From: Candidatus Latescibacterota bacterium
GTDB lineage: Bacteria; Latescibacterota; UBA2968
DNA: 64,000 nt
Direction of reading: 5' to 3'
Assembly (NCBI GenBank): GCA_965198115.1
Contig: OZ240241.1
Location: 4,480,001-4,544,000 of the forward strand
Shown: positions 31,125 to 41,132 of the stretch, piece after piece
Layout: each line of letters begins with the position of its first letter
How positions within the stretch are numbered: the first letter of the stretch is position 1
The notes under the pieces: generated by a model
Database searches by the model: none
What the model was told of the DNA's origin: nothing
The model's input: only the letters and a program-made list of their open reading frames with translations
Position numbers and translations under genes: made by a program

Positions 31125-32222
31125 CTATCTCTGGTCCGGAACGTGAGGCCCGACCCGAATCGAATGGGCCTTCACCAGACAATACACCCCGTCCCCGGTC
31201 TTCAGACCCAGTTCCTCGACCGCCTCCAGCGTGATCTCCACGAGCAGGCGCTTTCCCACGTCGACCGACACCATCGCCAACGAACCGGCACGACGAACGT
31301 CCGCGATCTGTCCTCGCAAGGCGTTGCGAAGACTCAGGCCGTGCGGCTCCGTCCGTGACAGGATGATGTCGTTCGCCCGGATACCGATGAACAACCGGGT
31401 TCCCAGTGGACGACCGCACGGTGGGATCTTGATCTCCTGCCCTCGGAATGAGACCCGGGACACGCCTGCTTCCGTGTCTTCCCGCTCGACCTGAACCTGC
31501 AGGACATTCTCGAACCCGTAATCTCCCAGCAGCGGCGTCACGGCTTCTTGGTGGGCCACGTCGAAAAAATCGCCCTGGGCCACGCACCGGCCCCCCGACA
31601 GAATGGCCACCTGTCCCGTCAGCTGAAGGATGTCGCCCACCGAATGGCTGACATACAGCATCGGCAGTCCCAGAGAATCCCTGATCGTCCTCAGATAGGG
31701 GAGAATCCGATTTTTCAGACCCTGATCAAGCGCAGCCAGGGGTTCGTCGAGGGTCAGGAACCGTGGGGATCGGAGCAGAGCACGACCGAGTGCCACGCGC
31801 TGGCGTTCGCCACCCGACAGCTGGGCGGGGCGATGGTCCAGCCGCGAGTCGAGGTCGAGCAGTCCGATCACGTCGTCTGGGCGCATCCGCCGATCGGACG
31901 GGGGCTGCAGGTCATACCCGTAGAGAAGGTTCCGACAGACCGTCATATGGGGAAACAGCAGCTCATCCTGGAACACGCACCCGATCCCCCGATGCTCGGG
32001 CGCAACCCGGATCCCTCGGTCCGACGAAAACACCAGCTCACCGCCGATTTCGATCTCCCCTTCATCCGGATCATCCAGACCGGCCAGCAGGTTCAGCAAC
32101 GTCGACTTTCCCGCACCCGAAGGTCCGAACAGCGCTGTGACGGGGTAAGCGCAGCGCACATCCACGTCCAGCGTGAACGACGCGAAGCGCTTGACGGCCC
32201 TGACGCGAAGAACATCACCCAC
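31125..32222 (-). CDS. modC: Molybdate ABC transporter ATP-binding protein
   Basis: GPSGAGKST, LSGGERQR, 'YVSHS', C-terminal Mop/TOBE 'LSLRNALRG...LGLKTGDGVYCLVKA'. Confidence 0.92.
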   Translation of the reverse strand: MGDVLRVRAVKRFASFTLDVDVRCAYPVTALFGPSGAGKSTLLNLLAGLDDPDEGEIEIGGELVFSSDRGIRVAPEHRGIGCVFQDELLFPHMTVCRNLLYGYDLQPPSDRRMRPDDVIGLLDLDSRLDHRPAQLSGGERQRVALGRALLRSPRFLTLDEPLAALDQGLKNRILPYLRTIRDSLGLPMLYVSHSVGDILQLTGQVAILSGGRCVAQGDFFDVAHQEAVTPLLGDYGFENVLQVQVEREDTEAGVSRVSFRGQEIKIPPCGRPLGTRLFIGIRANDIILSRTEPHGLSLRNALRGQIADVRRAGSLAMVSVDVGKRLLVEITLEAVEELGLKTGDGVYCLVKAHSIRVGPHVPDQR

Positions 32223-32886
32223 GCCGATACCGCCGCGTCAGGACCTCACTCGCCGCCAGAGCACCGAGCGAGAGCACCACCGAAAGCACGACCAGCTGAA
32301 ACGCACCGGCATCCCCACCAGGCTGATTGATCATCGTGTAGATCGCCAGCGGGAGGGTGCGTGTTTCCCCGGGGATGTTCGACACGAACGTGATCGTGGC
32401 GCCGAATTCCCCCAGACTCCGTGCAAAACTCAACAGGCCGCCCACCAGGACACCCGGAAACGCGATGCGGAGCGTGACCGTCAGGAAGGCTCGGATCCGA
32501 CCGGCTCCCAGGGTCCGAGCAGCCGATTCCAGACGCGGGTCGACCGTCTCGATCGCCGACCGAATCGACCTCAGCATCAACGGAAACGCGACGACCGCCG
32601 ACGCCAGCACCGCCCCTTTCCAGTCGAACGCGACCCGGATGCCGACCTCCTGTAAAAGCATCCCTATGGGCCCGCGACGTCCGAGCAACAGCAGCAGCAG
32701 GTAGCCCGTCACGACGGGCGGCAGCACGAGCGGCAGATGCAGCAACCCGTCCACTAAAACCTTTCCACGGAAATCCACGCGTGCGAGCAGCCAGCCCAGA
32801 ACGATGCCGGCGGGGAGGCTGATCGCCACGCACGCCAGAGCAACGCGCAGAGACAGGCCCAGGATTTCGAACGCTTCGTGAGTCAC
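32215..32886 (-). CDS. modB: Molybdate ABC transporter permease (start codon uncertain)
   Basis: 'LPLVLPPVVTGY', 'FARSLGEFGATITFVSNIPGETRTLPLAIY'. Confidence 0.93.
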   Translation of the reverse strand: MTHEAFEILGLSLRVALACVAISLPAGIVLGWLLARVDFRGKVLVDGLLHLPLVLPPVVTGYLLLLLLGRRGPIGMLLQEVGIRVAFDWKGAVLASAVVAFPLMLRSIRSAIETVDPRLESAARTLGAGRIRAFLTVTLRIAFPGVLVGGLLSFARSLGEFGATITFVSNIPGETRTLPLAIYTMINQPGGDAGAFQLVVLSVVLSLGALAASEVLTRRYRRG

Positions 32887-33000
32887 GACGAAACCGCGCT
32901 GCAATGTTCGAAGCCGGCAAGGTTCGTCGAAACCGCTCGACCCGAGGAAGGAATTTCTTCCGAAAGGAGGTCGCGACGGACACGCGAACGAAACCGAGAG

Positions 33001-33016
33001 TGGGCCATAACCTGCT
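33001..33016 (+). promoter_or_regulatory. Possible sigma54 (-24/-12) promoter upstream of flgB
   Basis: tGG-gccataacct-GCt (GG-N10-GC), weak flanking consensus; sigma54 activator nearby. Confidence 0.35.
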
Positions 33017-33173
33017 CTTTAACAGCCAATTATACACCTATTTGAGACTCGGAGAGGTGGATCCCAGGAAGCGGTACAGGCTTTTGCTCACCCGAAGGTC
33101 GGAATGGGACTCATCACGGGTCCCGAGTCATAGACCGAAGTGTCCCAAGGGGCATTTTCGACAGGGAGCTTCT

Positions 33174-33596
33174 ATGCTCGTTCGAAACCTGCTCTTCGAC
33201 AAAACATCCGTCCCTCTGCTCAATAAAGTACTCAACGTGTCGTCCGTGCGACACCGTGCGATTTCGAACAACATCGCGAACGCCAACACCGTGAATTACG
33301 TCCGAAAGGACGTCGACTTCGCGGACTACCTGCGAGCCCAGGTTAACAAACCACCCGTCGTCGGTCGGAAGACGAATGCGCGCCACATGCCCGTCGGTTT
33401 TCCGGACCCTCTCGCGGGTCCACGCGTTTTCGAACCCGACCCAGGACCGAACACGTCGGGAATCAACAACGTCGACATCGACCAGGAGATGTCCGACCTG
33501 GCCGAGAACCATCTCCTCTACAACATCGGAAGTCACCTGGTGAGCCAGAAGTTCCGCGGACTGCGGAAAGCCATCTCGGGTCAGGTCAGAGGCTGA
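33174..33596 (+). CDS. flgB: Flagellar basal-body rod protein FlgB
   Basis: 'RHRAISNNIANANTVNYVRKDVDF', 'NNVDIDQEMSDLAEN'; RBS gggag. Confidence 0.93.
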   Translation: MLVRNLLFDKTSVPLLNKVLNVSSVRHRAISNNIANANTVNYVRKDVDFADYLRAQVNKPPVVGRKTNARHMPVGFPDPLAGPRVFEPDPGPNTSGINNVDIDQEMSDLAENHLLYNIGSHLVSQKFRGLRKAISGQVRG

Positions 33597-33625
33597 TCCG
33601 CCACCCCATCTGATCGGAACACGAC

Positions 33626-33901
33626 ATGTACACGGGCGCACTGTCCGCATCGACCGCGTTGACGCGGGCCCCATCCGTCGGCGGAAGAATCGACTTCAAA
33701 ATCGACCAGCCCGCCACGCCGGACCCGCAGCCGCAGCAACCGAACGCGGTCGCTTCGCTGTCCAGCTTCGACATCGTAACGTCGGAAGAGAACGCCGCAC
33801 TCCTCCACGCATTCGGACGCGCCGAGGGCGGCTATCGACCCGACGGACGCACGACGGCCACCCCACACCCCATCGGAACGCGTCTTGACCTGAGCGCTTG
33901 A
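33626..33901 (+). CDS. Small hypothetical protein with C-terminal G-x-x-L-D-x-x-A motif
   Basis: Ends 'IGTRLDLSA', a tail type seen in small flagellar-operon proteins. Confidence 0.5.
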   Translation: MYTGALSASTALTRAPSVGGRIDFKIDQPATPDPQPQQPNAVASLSSFDIVTSEENAALLHAFGRAEGGYRPDGRTTATPHPIGTRLDLSA

Positions 33902-33910
33902 GGAATCCCG

Positions 33911-34630
33911 ATGCTTCTACGTCTTCTTGCCATCCCAATCGTCATCCTCGTCCTGAATCCGTTTTCCGCGAACGCGGACACCCACGACGACCTGCCCTAC
34001 TCCGTTCATCGCCTGCTCGCTCGCAGCATCGCCCCGTCCGTGGCCAAGCGCATCTTCTACCTCAGCACAGGGCGTCGCGACGAACCCGCTGCCCTCGCAC
34101 CGAATATCACCGTTTCCGCGCCACACGCGCTCAGACAGCCCGATCCACTGGCCCGGCCCACCTTCCGACCCACGCCGGCCCTGTCGCCGATTCCTCTTTT
34201 CAATCAGACCCATACCGAAGGTCTCAGCCAGAGCGTGCTTCGCCGAATCGAGGGCTTCGATCCTCTCATCGAGCGATACAGCCAGGTCCACGCGCTCGAC
34301 GCCAACCTCATCCGTGCGGTGATCTACGTCGAATCCGCCGGAAAGACCGACGCGCGATCGCCCAAGGGAGCCCAGGGCCTGATGCAACTCATGCCGGCCA
34401 CCGCTCAGGACATGGGGGTCAGTAACCCGTTCGACCCCGCCCAGAACATCTACGGAGGAACGCGCTACCTCGCAAAACTGCTCAACGAGTTCAGACGACC
34501 CGAGCTCGCCCTGTGGGGATACAACGCAGGGCCCGAGTCGGTCAAGCGCCGCCGTCTCCCGTTAGAAACCAAACGCTACATACCGGAAGTCATGCGTGTT
34601 AAGACCATTCTCGATCAGCGAGGAACCTGA
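33911..34630 (+). CDS. Lytic transglycosylase (SLT domain)
   Basis: 'YVESAG', 'GAQGLMQLMP', 'YNAG', 'ETKRYI'. Confidence 0.92.
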   Translation: MLLRLLAIPIVILVLNPFSANADTHDDLPYSVHRLLARSIAPSVAKRIFYLSTGRRDEPAALAPNITVSAPHALRQPDPLARPTFRPTPALSPIPLFNQTHTEGLSQSVLRRIEGFDPLIERYSQVHALDANLIRAVIYVESAGKTDARSPKGAQGLMQLMPATAQDMGVSNPFDPAQNIYGGTRYLAKLLNEFRRPELALWGYNAGPESVKRRRLPLETKRYIPEVMRVKTILDQRGT

Positions 34631-34632
34631 CG

Positions 34633-35001
34633 GTGCCCCTTCGTAGCCTCCTTAGCGCCACCTCCGAGGGCCCGACCGGGTCCTCGTCGATGGTCCAACG
34701 GTCCTTTCGCCAGCTCGAACAGGGCGGTCGAACGCTCGGGCCGACCGAAGCCAGCGCGGCCGAACAGGGACGCACGGTCGACGGCGACTTCTACGCCCTC
34801 GTCAAGGATTTCCTCGGAGACGTCAACCATCTCCAGAGCCAGTCCGGAGAGGCCCTGAAGGCCTCCGTCGCCGGCGAAGTCACGGATCTTCATCAGGTTA
34901 TGGTGGCCGGACAGGAGGCCGCCATCGCCATGGATTTGCTCATCGAAGTCAGAAATCGCGTCGTTGAATCATTCCAGGAGATCATGCGCATTCAGGTATA
35001 A
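34633..35001 (+). CDS. fliE: Flagellar hook-basal body protein FliE
   Basis: 'DLHQVMVA...EVRNRVVESFQEIMRIQV'. Confidence 0.93.
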   Translation: MPLRSLLSATSEGPTGSSSMVQRSFRQLEQGGRTLGPTEASAAEQGRTVDGDFYALVKDFLGDVNHLQSQSGEALKASVAGEVTDLHQVMVAGQEAAIAMDLLIEVRNRVVESFQEIMRIQV

Positions 35002-35078
35002 CCGGCCTGGATGACCACCTCGCGCAGGTTCTTGCAGATCAGCTCCTGCCCAGCCCTATACGAATCGACGAAAGCCAA

Positions 35079-36596
35079 ATGGACTCACTCAAGGAATTTC
35101 TCGACAAACTCAGGGAACAGTTCGAAGGCATGGACCGTACCCACAAAATCGCGGTCGGCGCGGGCGGCGGCGCTCTCATCCTCGTCATGATGTTCCTCAC
35201 CATGTCGGGGAGCGAGCCCGAAGTCGAGCTTCTCCCGCTCTACACCGACATGAAAGAGGCGGGAGAGTTGACCAACCGGCTTCGCGAAATGAACCAGCCC
35301 TTCCAGCTCTCGGGTGACGGTTCGGTCATTCTCGTTCCAACCGAGGACAGACTCACGCTGCGAAACGCGCTCGCGGCCGAAGGGTTTCCCAAAACCGGGT
35401 TCATCGGCTACGAGGTCTTCGACGAAATTCCTCTGGGCATGACCGAGTTTCTTCAAAACGTCAAACTCAAACAGGCACTCGAGGGCGAACTTCAAAGGAC
35501 GATCATCCAGCTCGAGCAGGTCGAGGAGGTCAGACTCCACGTCGTGATTCCGGAGGCGAGTCTCTTCACCGACGAGCAACGGCCGGCAACGGCATCCATC
35601 ATGCTCCGGCTCCGGCAAAACATGACCCTCGATGCCAAGCAGATACAGGGCATCCAGCGGCTCGTTGGAAGCAGCGTGGAGGGTCTCGATCCGAACATGA
35701 TCACCGTCGTCGACGCGTTCGGCAACGTCCTGTCCGAAGAAATGGACCCGCTGGCTCGCGCAACGGCAAAACAGCTTGAAATGCAACGCGATGTCGAGTC
35801 ATATTTAGAGAAGCGGACCCAATCCATCATGGATCGTGTGCTGGGTCCCGACCAGGCCTTCATTCGGGTCTCCGTCGAACTCGACTTCGACCAGCGCGAA
35901 GAAACGATCGAGACCTACGACCCCAACCAGACCGTTCTCAGGAGCGAGCAGCGAAGAACAGTCGGCCGAGGCGGGAACCAAAGAAAATTCCGTCGCAAAC
36001 TATGAAGTGAACACCGCTGTTCGTAGAATTACAGGGACGGTCGGTTCCATCAAACGCATCACGGACTCGCTGATGATCAACTCCATCAAGGCGGCGGTGG
36101 GAATCGATCCCGACGCGCCGACGACGTTCGAGAATCGGACACCGGAGGACCTCGACAACGTCACGAGGATCGTTCGTGGTGCGCTCGGCATAGACGACAC
36201 CCGTAACGACGTTCTGGAGACCAGCAGTTTCCCCTTCGCGACGCAGGACATCAAGCGCCAGGCAGAACAGAAACAGGCCGACGAAGAGACGAGGAGCCGA
36301 TCATGTCGGTCGTCCTCAACGTCGCCAAGGGCATCGCGATCGTCGTCGCACTCCTCATCCTGCGTGCCATCATCGGCGCAATCGGTCGCGGAGTCGCACG
36401 CGAGGAAGAGATCGCAATGGAGGCGCAGCGCGAGCTCGAAGAGGACGATGCCTCCGAAGAGCTCCCCGAGACGCCGCACGAAATCATCCTCGGTCGTATC
36501 GCCTCGCTGATCTCCGATCGTCCCGAGGACGCAGCAAAACTGATCCGAACCATGCTCATCGAAGAGACGCAGCGGGCTCGCCAGGCCGGCGGGTAA
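35079..36596 (+). pseudogene. fliF: Flagellar M-ring protein FliF, two frameshifts (~35950 and ~36295)
   Basis: 'GYEVFD...ALEGELQRTI...VRLHVVIPE..LF...ATASI'; continues 'NYEVN' in a second frame, then TM2 and 'RPEDAAKLIRTML' in a third ORF. Confidence 0.88.
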
Positions 36597-36602
36597 ACCT
36601 GA

Positions 36603-37391
36603 ATGAATCGAGTATTGCGCTCGGTCCCCATTTCCGACGAGAGCGTTACGATCTCCGTCCGAAGCGAAGCCGAGGAGGACGAAGCCCTCGAAGTCGCCGA
36701 GAACGCCGAGGAACAAGAGGCCTTCGAAGGCGACCAGATGATCGGTCTGGAAGAGGTGGCCGATCGCATCGCAGAAGAAGAATCCGAACCCGAGGAACCT
36801 CCGCCCTCGGCCATGGACATCGAAAAACGCGTCGAGGCCCGTCTGGAGGAATTCGAAGCGCGCTTCCAGCAGGAAAAGGAGGACGCCTACCACGCCGGAT
36901 TCGAAGACGGTACGAACGAGGGAACGAAGCAGGGGCTGGCGCAAAGCGCCGATGAAATCGAGCGTTTCAGCGCCCTCGTCGAATCGTTGCCCGTTCAGTG
37001 GAAGGACGCCGTCAAGAACTACGACGCGGCGATCCTCGACCTGGCGGTTCGACTCGCCCAGCGAATCGTGGGTGCGGCCGCGGAGGCCAGCGAGGAAGTC
37101 ATTCTCTAGGCCGTTCACGACTGTCTTGGCTACGTGGAAGACAAAACGAAAGTCATCATCCGCGTCAACCCAGATGACCTCGAGGCCGTTCGCCGTCACC
37201 GGAACGACTGGCTCGAATCGCTCGAAAGCATCGATCACCTGCTTATCGAATCCGAGCCGACGGTCACGAAGGGCGGATGCATCGTCGAAACACCGATCGG
37301 TGATGTCGACGCACAGATCGAGGAGCGACTCGAGCGCGTCCGCTCCGCCCTCCTCGAAGACCTCAGAAAGGATTCGGGCGAAGAGGATTGA
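36603..37391 (+). pseudogene. fliH: Flagellar assembly protein FliH with in-frame TAG at 37107-37109
   Basis: 'AYHAGFEDGTNEGTKQG' GxxxG repeats; reads VIL*AVHDCLGYVEDK in frame to 'IRVNPDD...GGCIVETPIGDVDA'. Confidence 0.88.
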
Positions 37392-38695
37392 ATTTCAACA
37401 CATTCCAGCGAACCATCGAGACGACCGAGTCTATCCGGGTTCGCGGCAAAGTCAGCCAGATGCTGGGCCTGGTCATCGAATCGAACGGGCCGCCCGTCTC
37501 GATCGGCGAGTTCTGTCAGATCAGTCCGGCACCCGGCGTCTCGCCGGTGCACGCCGAAGTCGTCGGCTTCAAGCAAAACAAGGTCCTCCTGATGCCGCTC
37601 GGCCCCATGGAGGGAATCGCCCCGGGTAGTCGAGTCACCGCGAGCGACAAGCCTTTCTCGGTCGCTGCCGGAGACGCCCTGCTCGGCCGGATTCTGAACG
37701 GTCTGGGGGAACCGATCGACGGAAAGGGACCGATCTGGACCGAGTCGCGACGTCCGGTCAGCGCCCTGCCGCCCGATCCGCTTCAGCGTCAACGCATCAC
37801 CGAGCCTCTAGGGACTGGAATCCGGGCGATCGACAGTCTAATTACGTGTGGAAAGGGCCAACGCACGGGGATCTTCGCGGGTAGCGGCGTCGGCAAGAGC
37901 GTGCTCCTCGGCATGATCGCCCGGAATGCCGAATCCGACGTCAACGTCATCGCCCTGATCGGCGAGCGGGGTCGCGAGGTGCGCGATTTCATCGAGCGCG
38001 ACCTGGGGCCCGAAGGACTCGCCCGTTCCGTCGTGATCGTCGCCACGTCCGACCAGCCCGCCCTCGTTCGAATCAAGGGTGCACAGGTCGCGACGGCCAT
38101 CGCCGAATACTTCCGCGACGAAGGCCAAGACGTAATGCTCATGATGGACTCGGTCACGCGTGTAGCCATGGCTCAGCGTGAGGTCGGTCTGGCCATCGGC
38201 GAACCGCCCACGACCCGGGGCTATACGCCCTCCACTTTCGCTTTTCTCCCGCGGTTGCTCGAGCGGGCCGGCATGGGAGAGAAGGGGAGCGTCACCGGAT
38301 TGTATACCGTACTCGTCGAGGGCGACGACCTGGATGAACCCGTGGCGGACGCGGTCCGCTCGATCCTGGACGGACACATCGTCCTGTCCCGGCGTCTGCA
38401 GTCCCAGGGCCACTACCCGGCGATCGATGTGCTCGACAGTGTCAGCCGTGTCATGGTCGACGTGGTCACGCCCGACCACTTCGAGAAATCGAACAGGATC
38501 AAAGAGGTACTCATCAACTACCGAGAAGCCGAGGATCTCATCAACGTCGGCGCGTATCAGCAGGGCAACAACGAACAGATCGATATGGCCATACGGAACA
38601 TCGACGAGATCAACGAATTTTTAAGACAGGGCATCGAGGACCACATCGACTTCGAGAGCGCGAACCAGCAGATGATGGCTTTGCTCGGCGCCTGA
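37388..38695 (+). CDS. fliI: Flagellar export ATPase FliI
   Basis: 'GIFAGSGVGKS', 'LIGERGREV', 'MDSVTR', 'GEPP..RGY', 'DGHIVLSR'. Confidence 0.96.
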   Translation: MNFNTFQRTIETTESIRVRGKVSQMLGLVIESNGPPVSIGEFCQISPAPGVSPVHAEVVGFKQNKVLLMPLGPMEGIAPGSRVTASDKPFSVAAGDALLGRILNGLGEPIDGKGPIWTESRRPVSALPPDPLQRQRITEPLGTGIRAIDSLITCGKGQRTGIFAGSGVGKSVLLGMIARNAESDVNVIALIGERGREVRDFIERDLGPEGLARSVVIVATSDQPALVRIKGAQVATAIAEYFRDEGQDVMLMMDSVTRVAMAQREVGLAIGEPPTTRGYTPSTFAFLPRLLERAGMGEKGSVTGLYTVLVEGDDLDEPVADAVRSILDGHIVLSRRLQSQGHYPAIDVLDSVSRVMVDVVTPDHFEKSNRIKEVLINYREAEDLINVGAYQQGNNEQIDMAIRNIDEINEFLRQGIEDHIDFESANQQMMALLGA

Positions 38696-38729
38696 GCAAC
38701 ACAGAATCCGACACGGATCGGCGGACACA

Positions 38730-39194
38730 GTGGCCAAACGGTTCGAGTGGCGCCTGGACACCGTCAAGCGAGTAAAGGAGCGGGAAGCCGACTCGCGACG
38801 GGAGGCCCTTGCCCTCGCCCAGAGGAAACTGCGCGAAGAACAGGACGAGCGCGACCGGCTGCTGGTCGAGCGCGATCGTCAACACGAACGGCTGCGTGAA
38901 GTCGGATCCGGTTGGCTGGATCCGAGCGATCTGCAGGCCACGCACACGTTTTTGCAAAACCTGGTCGAGCGGATTACCGCCCAGGACGAAAAAATCGAGG
39001 AGGCGTCGCAGCTCGTCGAACAGGCACGGCTCGCCCTCGTCGAAGCGTCCAAAGAGACCAAAATTCTGGAGAACCTGCGCGACAGGGATCACCAGACCTT
39101 CAAGCGAGAAGTGCGCAAGCGCGATCAGGCCCAGCTGGACGAAACGGCCGGTCGTCGTGCACTCGATCAGAAACGGGAAAACCCTGAATCGTGA
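38730..39194 (+). CDS. fliJ: Flagellar export protein FliJ
   Basis: 'RFEWRLDTV', coiled coil, 'KILENLR...QAQLDE'; follows fliI. Confidence 0.85.
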   Translation: MAKRFEWRLDTVKRVKEREADSRREALALAQRKLREEQDERDRLLVERDRQHERLREVGSGWLDPSDLQATHTFLQNLVERITAQDEKIEEASQLVEQARLALVEASKETKILENLRDRDHQTFKREVRKRDQAQLDETAGRRALDQKRENPES

Positions 39195-39754
39195 AAAAAC
39201 TGGCCCTCATCCTTCTGCTGTTCCTCGGCATGTCCCTATCGTTCGTCGCGATCGGGCTCGTCATCCTTTTCGCCACGGGTGCGGTCACGAGCATGGATGA
39301 AGCCCAGGCGCTGTTGAGCGGACAGCTGCCCGGAGGAGAATCCGCCTTCCTTCAGAGCGACGAAGTCGCCGAAGTCGAAGACGGTTTGCTCCTCTTGCAG
39401 CAGCAGAAACAGGAGCTGGAACAGCAGATCCTGACGTTACAAGAGGATAGAACAACCCTGGAAGCGCAGAAGACAGAGCTCTCCGAGAGCGTAGGGTCGC
39501 TGGAGCAACAGAGCCTGGCGGGGTCTGAAGGCCAGGCCGAGGAACGAGCCAAAAGGCTCGAGCAGCTTCGCGTACTTTACGGCGCCATGCGTCCGGCTGA
39601 TGCCGCCGCTGTCTTCGATCAGATGCCCGACGAAATGGTTCTCGAAATCCTGCCGCTCCTGAAGGAACGTCAGGCAGCACGCATTCTCAACGGTCTGGGC
39701 AATGATGCCCGAAAGGCCACACTATCGCAGAAACTTTTGGAAGGAACGATGTAA
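39191..39754 (+). CDS. MotE/FlbB/YlxF-like flagellar protein
   Basis: N-terminal TM, coiled coil, 'LYGAMRPADAAAVF..M....VLEIL..LKERQAARIL'. Confidence 0.8.
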   Translation: MKKLALILLLFLGMSLSFVAIGLVILFATGAVTSMDEAQALLSGQLPGGESAFLQSDEVAEVEDGLLLLQQQKQELEQQILTLQEDRTTLEAQKTELSESVGSLEQQSLAGSEGQAEERAKRLEQLRVLYGAMRPADAAAVFDQMPDEMVLEILPLLKERQAARILNGLGNDARKATLSQKLLEGTM

Positions 39755-39857
39755 CGCGAAGATCCCGAAACCATCCCTTCACCATCCCGCTCGATGCTCA
39801 CCATCGTGTGAGATCGGGCAAAGTAGGTCCAATAGATCCCAATTGGAGACCCATCCC

Positions 39858-40153
39858 ATGCTCCTGACCCACCTATTCGGATCGCTCGGCGAACAGCCGA
39901 CTCCGAACGGGCTTTTGGCCGGCAGCCCCCCTGCCGCCGAGGGTTCGGCTTTCCTGGAGATCATGCAAGGCTTTCAGTTCGTCGAAGATCAGGGCGGGCG
40001 CCAGATGACCGGCCCCTACCCGTCTTTGGCCGACCTGATCGCTCAGGACGGCGAGGCAGTGGCATCGGGCCCACGGCGGATGCCATCGGACTTCCCTCTA
40101 CAGGGTGAACCGGCCCCCCACACGGATGCCGGACCAATCACGTCCGAAGCACA
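39858..40153 (+). pseudogene. 5' fragment of a probable hook-length control (FliK-like) gene
   Basis: RBS ggag + ATG; low-complexity Pro/Ala/Gly sequence in the usual fliK position; ends at the junction with a flhF tail. Confidence 0.45.
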
Positions 40154-40279
40154 ATGGCGGTTGAATCGGGCGTCCCGATGTCGTATATCACCAACAGCCG
40201 CGTGGTGCCCGGCGACCTCCACCTTGCACGCCCCGCGCTCCTGTCCACCGCCCTTTTCCTCAATGGCCTCCTCAAGTGA
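40154..40279 (+). pseudogene. flhF: C-terminal remnant of FlhF
   Basis: Frame not in the ORF track: MAVESGVPMSYITNSRVVPGDLHLARPALL..., matching the FlhF tail P-x-S-Y-x-T-N-G-Q-x-V-P-x-D; overlaps the flhG start. Confidence 0.72.
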
Positions 40280-41111
40280 GCCCGAAGCACCTCGCGCCAT
40301 CACGTGGGCGATCACGAGCGGCAAGGGAGGCGTGGGTAAGAGCACGATTGCCGTCAACCTCGCTCTGGCCCTCTCGGGACTGGGCAAGCGCGTCCTTCTC
40401 GTCGACGCCGACCTAGGACTGGCGAACGTCGATATCCTCCTCGGGCTGTCGCCCGAGCACAACCTCCAGGATCTGCTGCGAGGGAGCGTGAGCGCCTTCG
40501 ATGTCGTCGTCGAAGGACCCGAAGGTCTCTCGATACTGCCGTCGGCTTCGGGCATCAGCGAATCGGAGGCCTGGCAGCCCGAGGACCGCGAACGACTGTC
40601 CGAAGAGCTGGGGCGTCTCGAGCGGGCCTACGACCTGATCTTGCTCGACACGGGCGCCGGCATTTCATCCAAGGTCACGGACTTCGTGCTGTCGTCCGAC
40701 CGCGCCTTCGTAGTCGCCGTACCCGAGCCGACATCGATCGCCGACGCCTACGCCATGGTGAAGGTGTGCCAGACCATCCGCGAGGACCTCCCGATCGGTC
40801 TGATCGTCAACCGAACCCGCTCCAGCCGGGAGGCGCACGAGCTGCACGAGAAATTCAACCAGATCGTCGATCGCTTTTTAGGAATTTCGATCGCGCGCGC
40901 TGGGCACGTCGTCGAAGATCCTGCCGTCGAACGATCGACCCGTGTCCAGCAGCCTCTCGTGTTGGCCGACCCGGGCTCCGACGCCGCGAAGACCATCGCC
41001 CGACTGGCCGACGCACTCCTACCGGTTCTCGATGGCGAACCTCGATCGGGCCCCGGCCTGTTCGACCGCCTCGTCGAACGCGTGGGCGATCCCGTTCAGG
41101 AAGCGGTCTGA
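40263..41111 (+). CDS. flhG: MinD-like flagellar ATPase FlhG/FleN
   Basis: 'AITSGKGGVGKST', 'DADLGLANVD', 'DTGAGIS', 'PEPTSIADAYA'. Confidence 0.92.
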   Translation: MASSSEPEAPRAITWAITSGKGGVGKSTIAVNLALALSGLGKRVLLVDADLGLANVDILLGLSPEHNLQDLLRGSVSAFDVVVEGPEGLSILPSASGISESEAWQPEDRERLSEELGRLERAYDLILLDTGAGISSKVTDFVLSSDRAFVVAVPEPTSIADAYAMVKVCQTIREDLPIGLIVNRTRSSREAHELHEKFNQIVDRFLGISIARAGHVVEDPAVERSTRVQQPLVLADPGSDAAKTIARLADALLPVLDGEPRSGPGLFDRLVERVGDPVQEAV

Positions 41112-41132
41112 CCGAAGACCAACGACCGAGAG

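Noticed and set aside
33072-33088. Second sigma54 site cggtacaggcttttgc
   Set aside because: GG-to-GC spacing is 11, not the required 10
37107-37109. In-frame TAG in fliH as pyrrolysine or an alternative genetic code
   Set aside because: TAG and TGA are ordinary stops throughout the window and neighbouring flagellar genes are also broken
39702-41111. 469-aa extended MinD-like protein
   Set aside because: Better explained as a deletion junction; flhG starts at 40263
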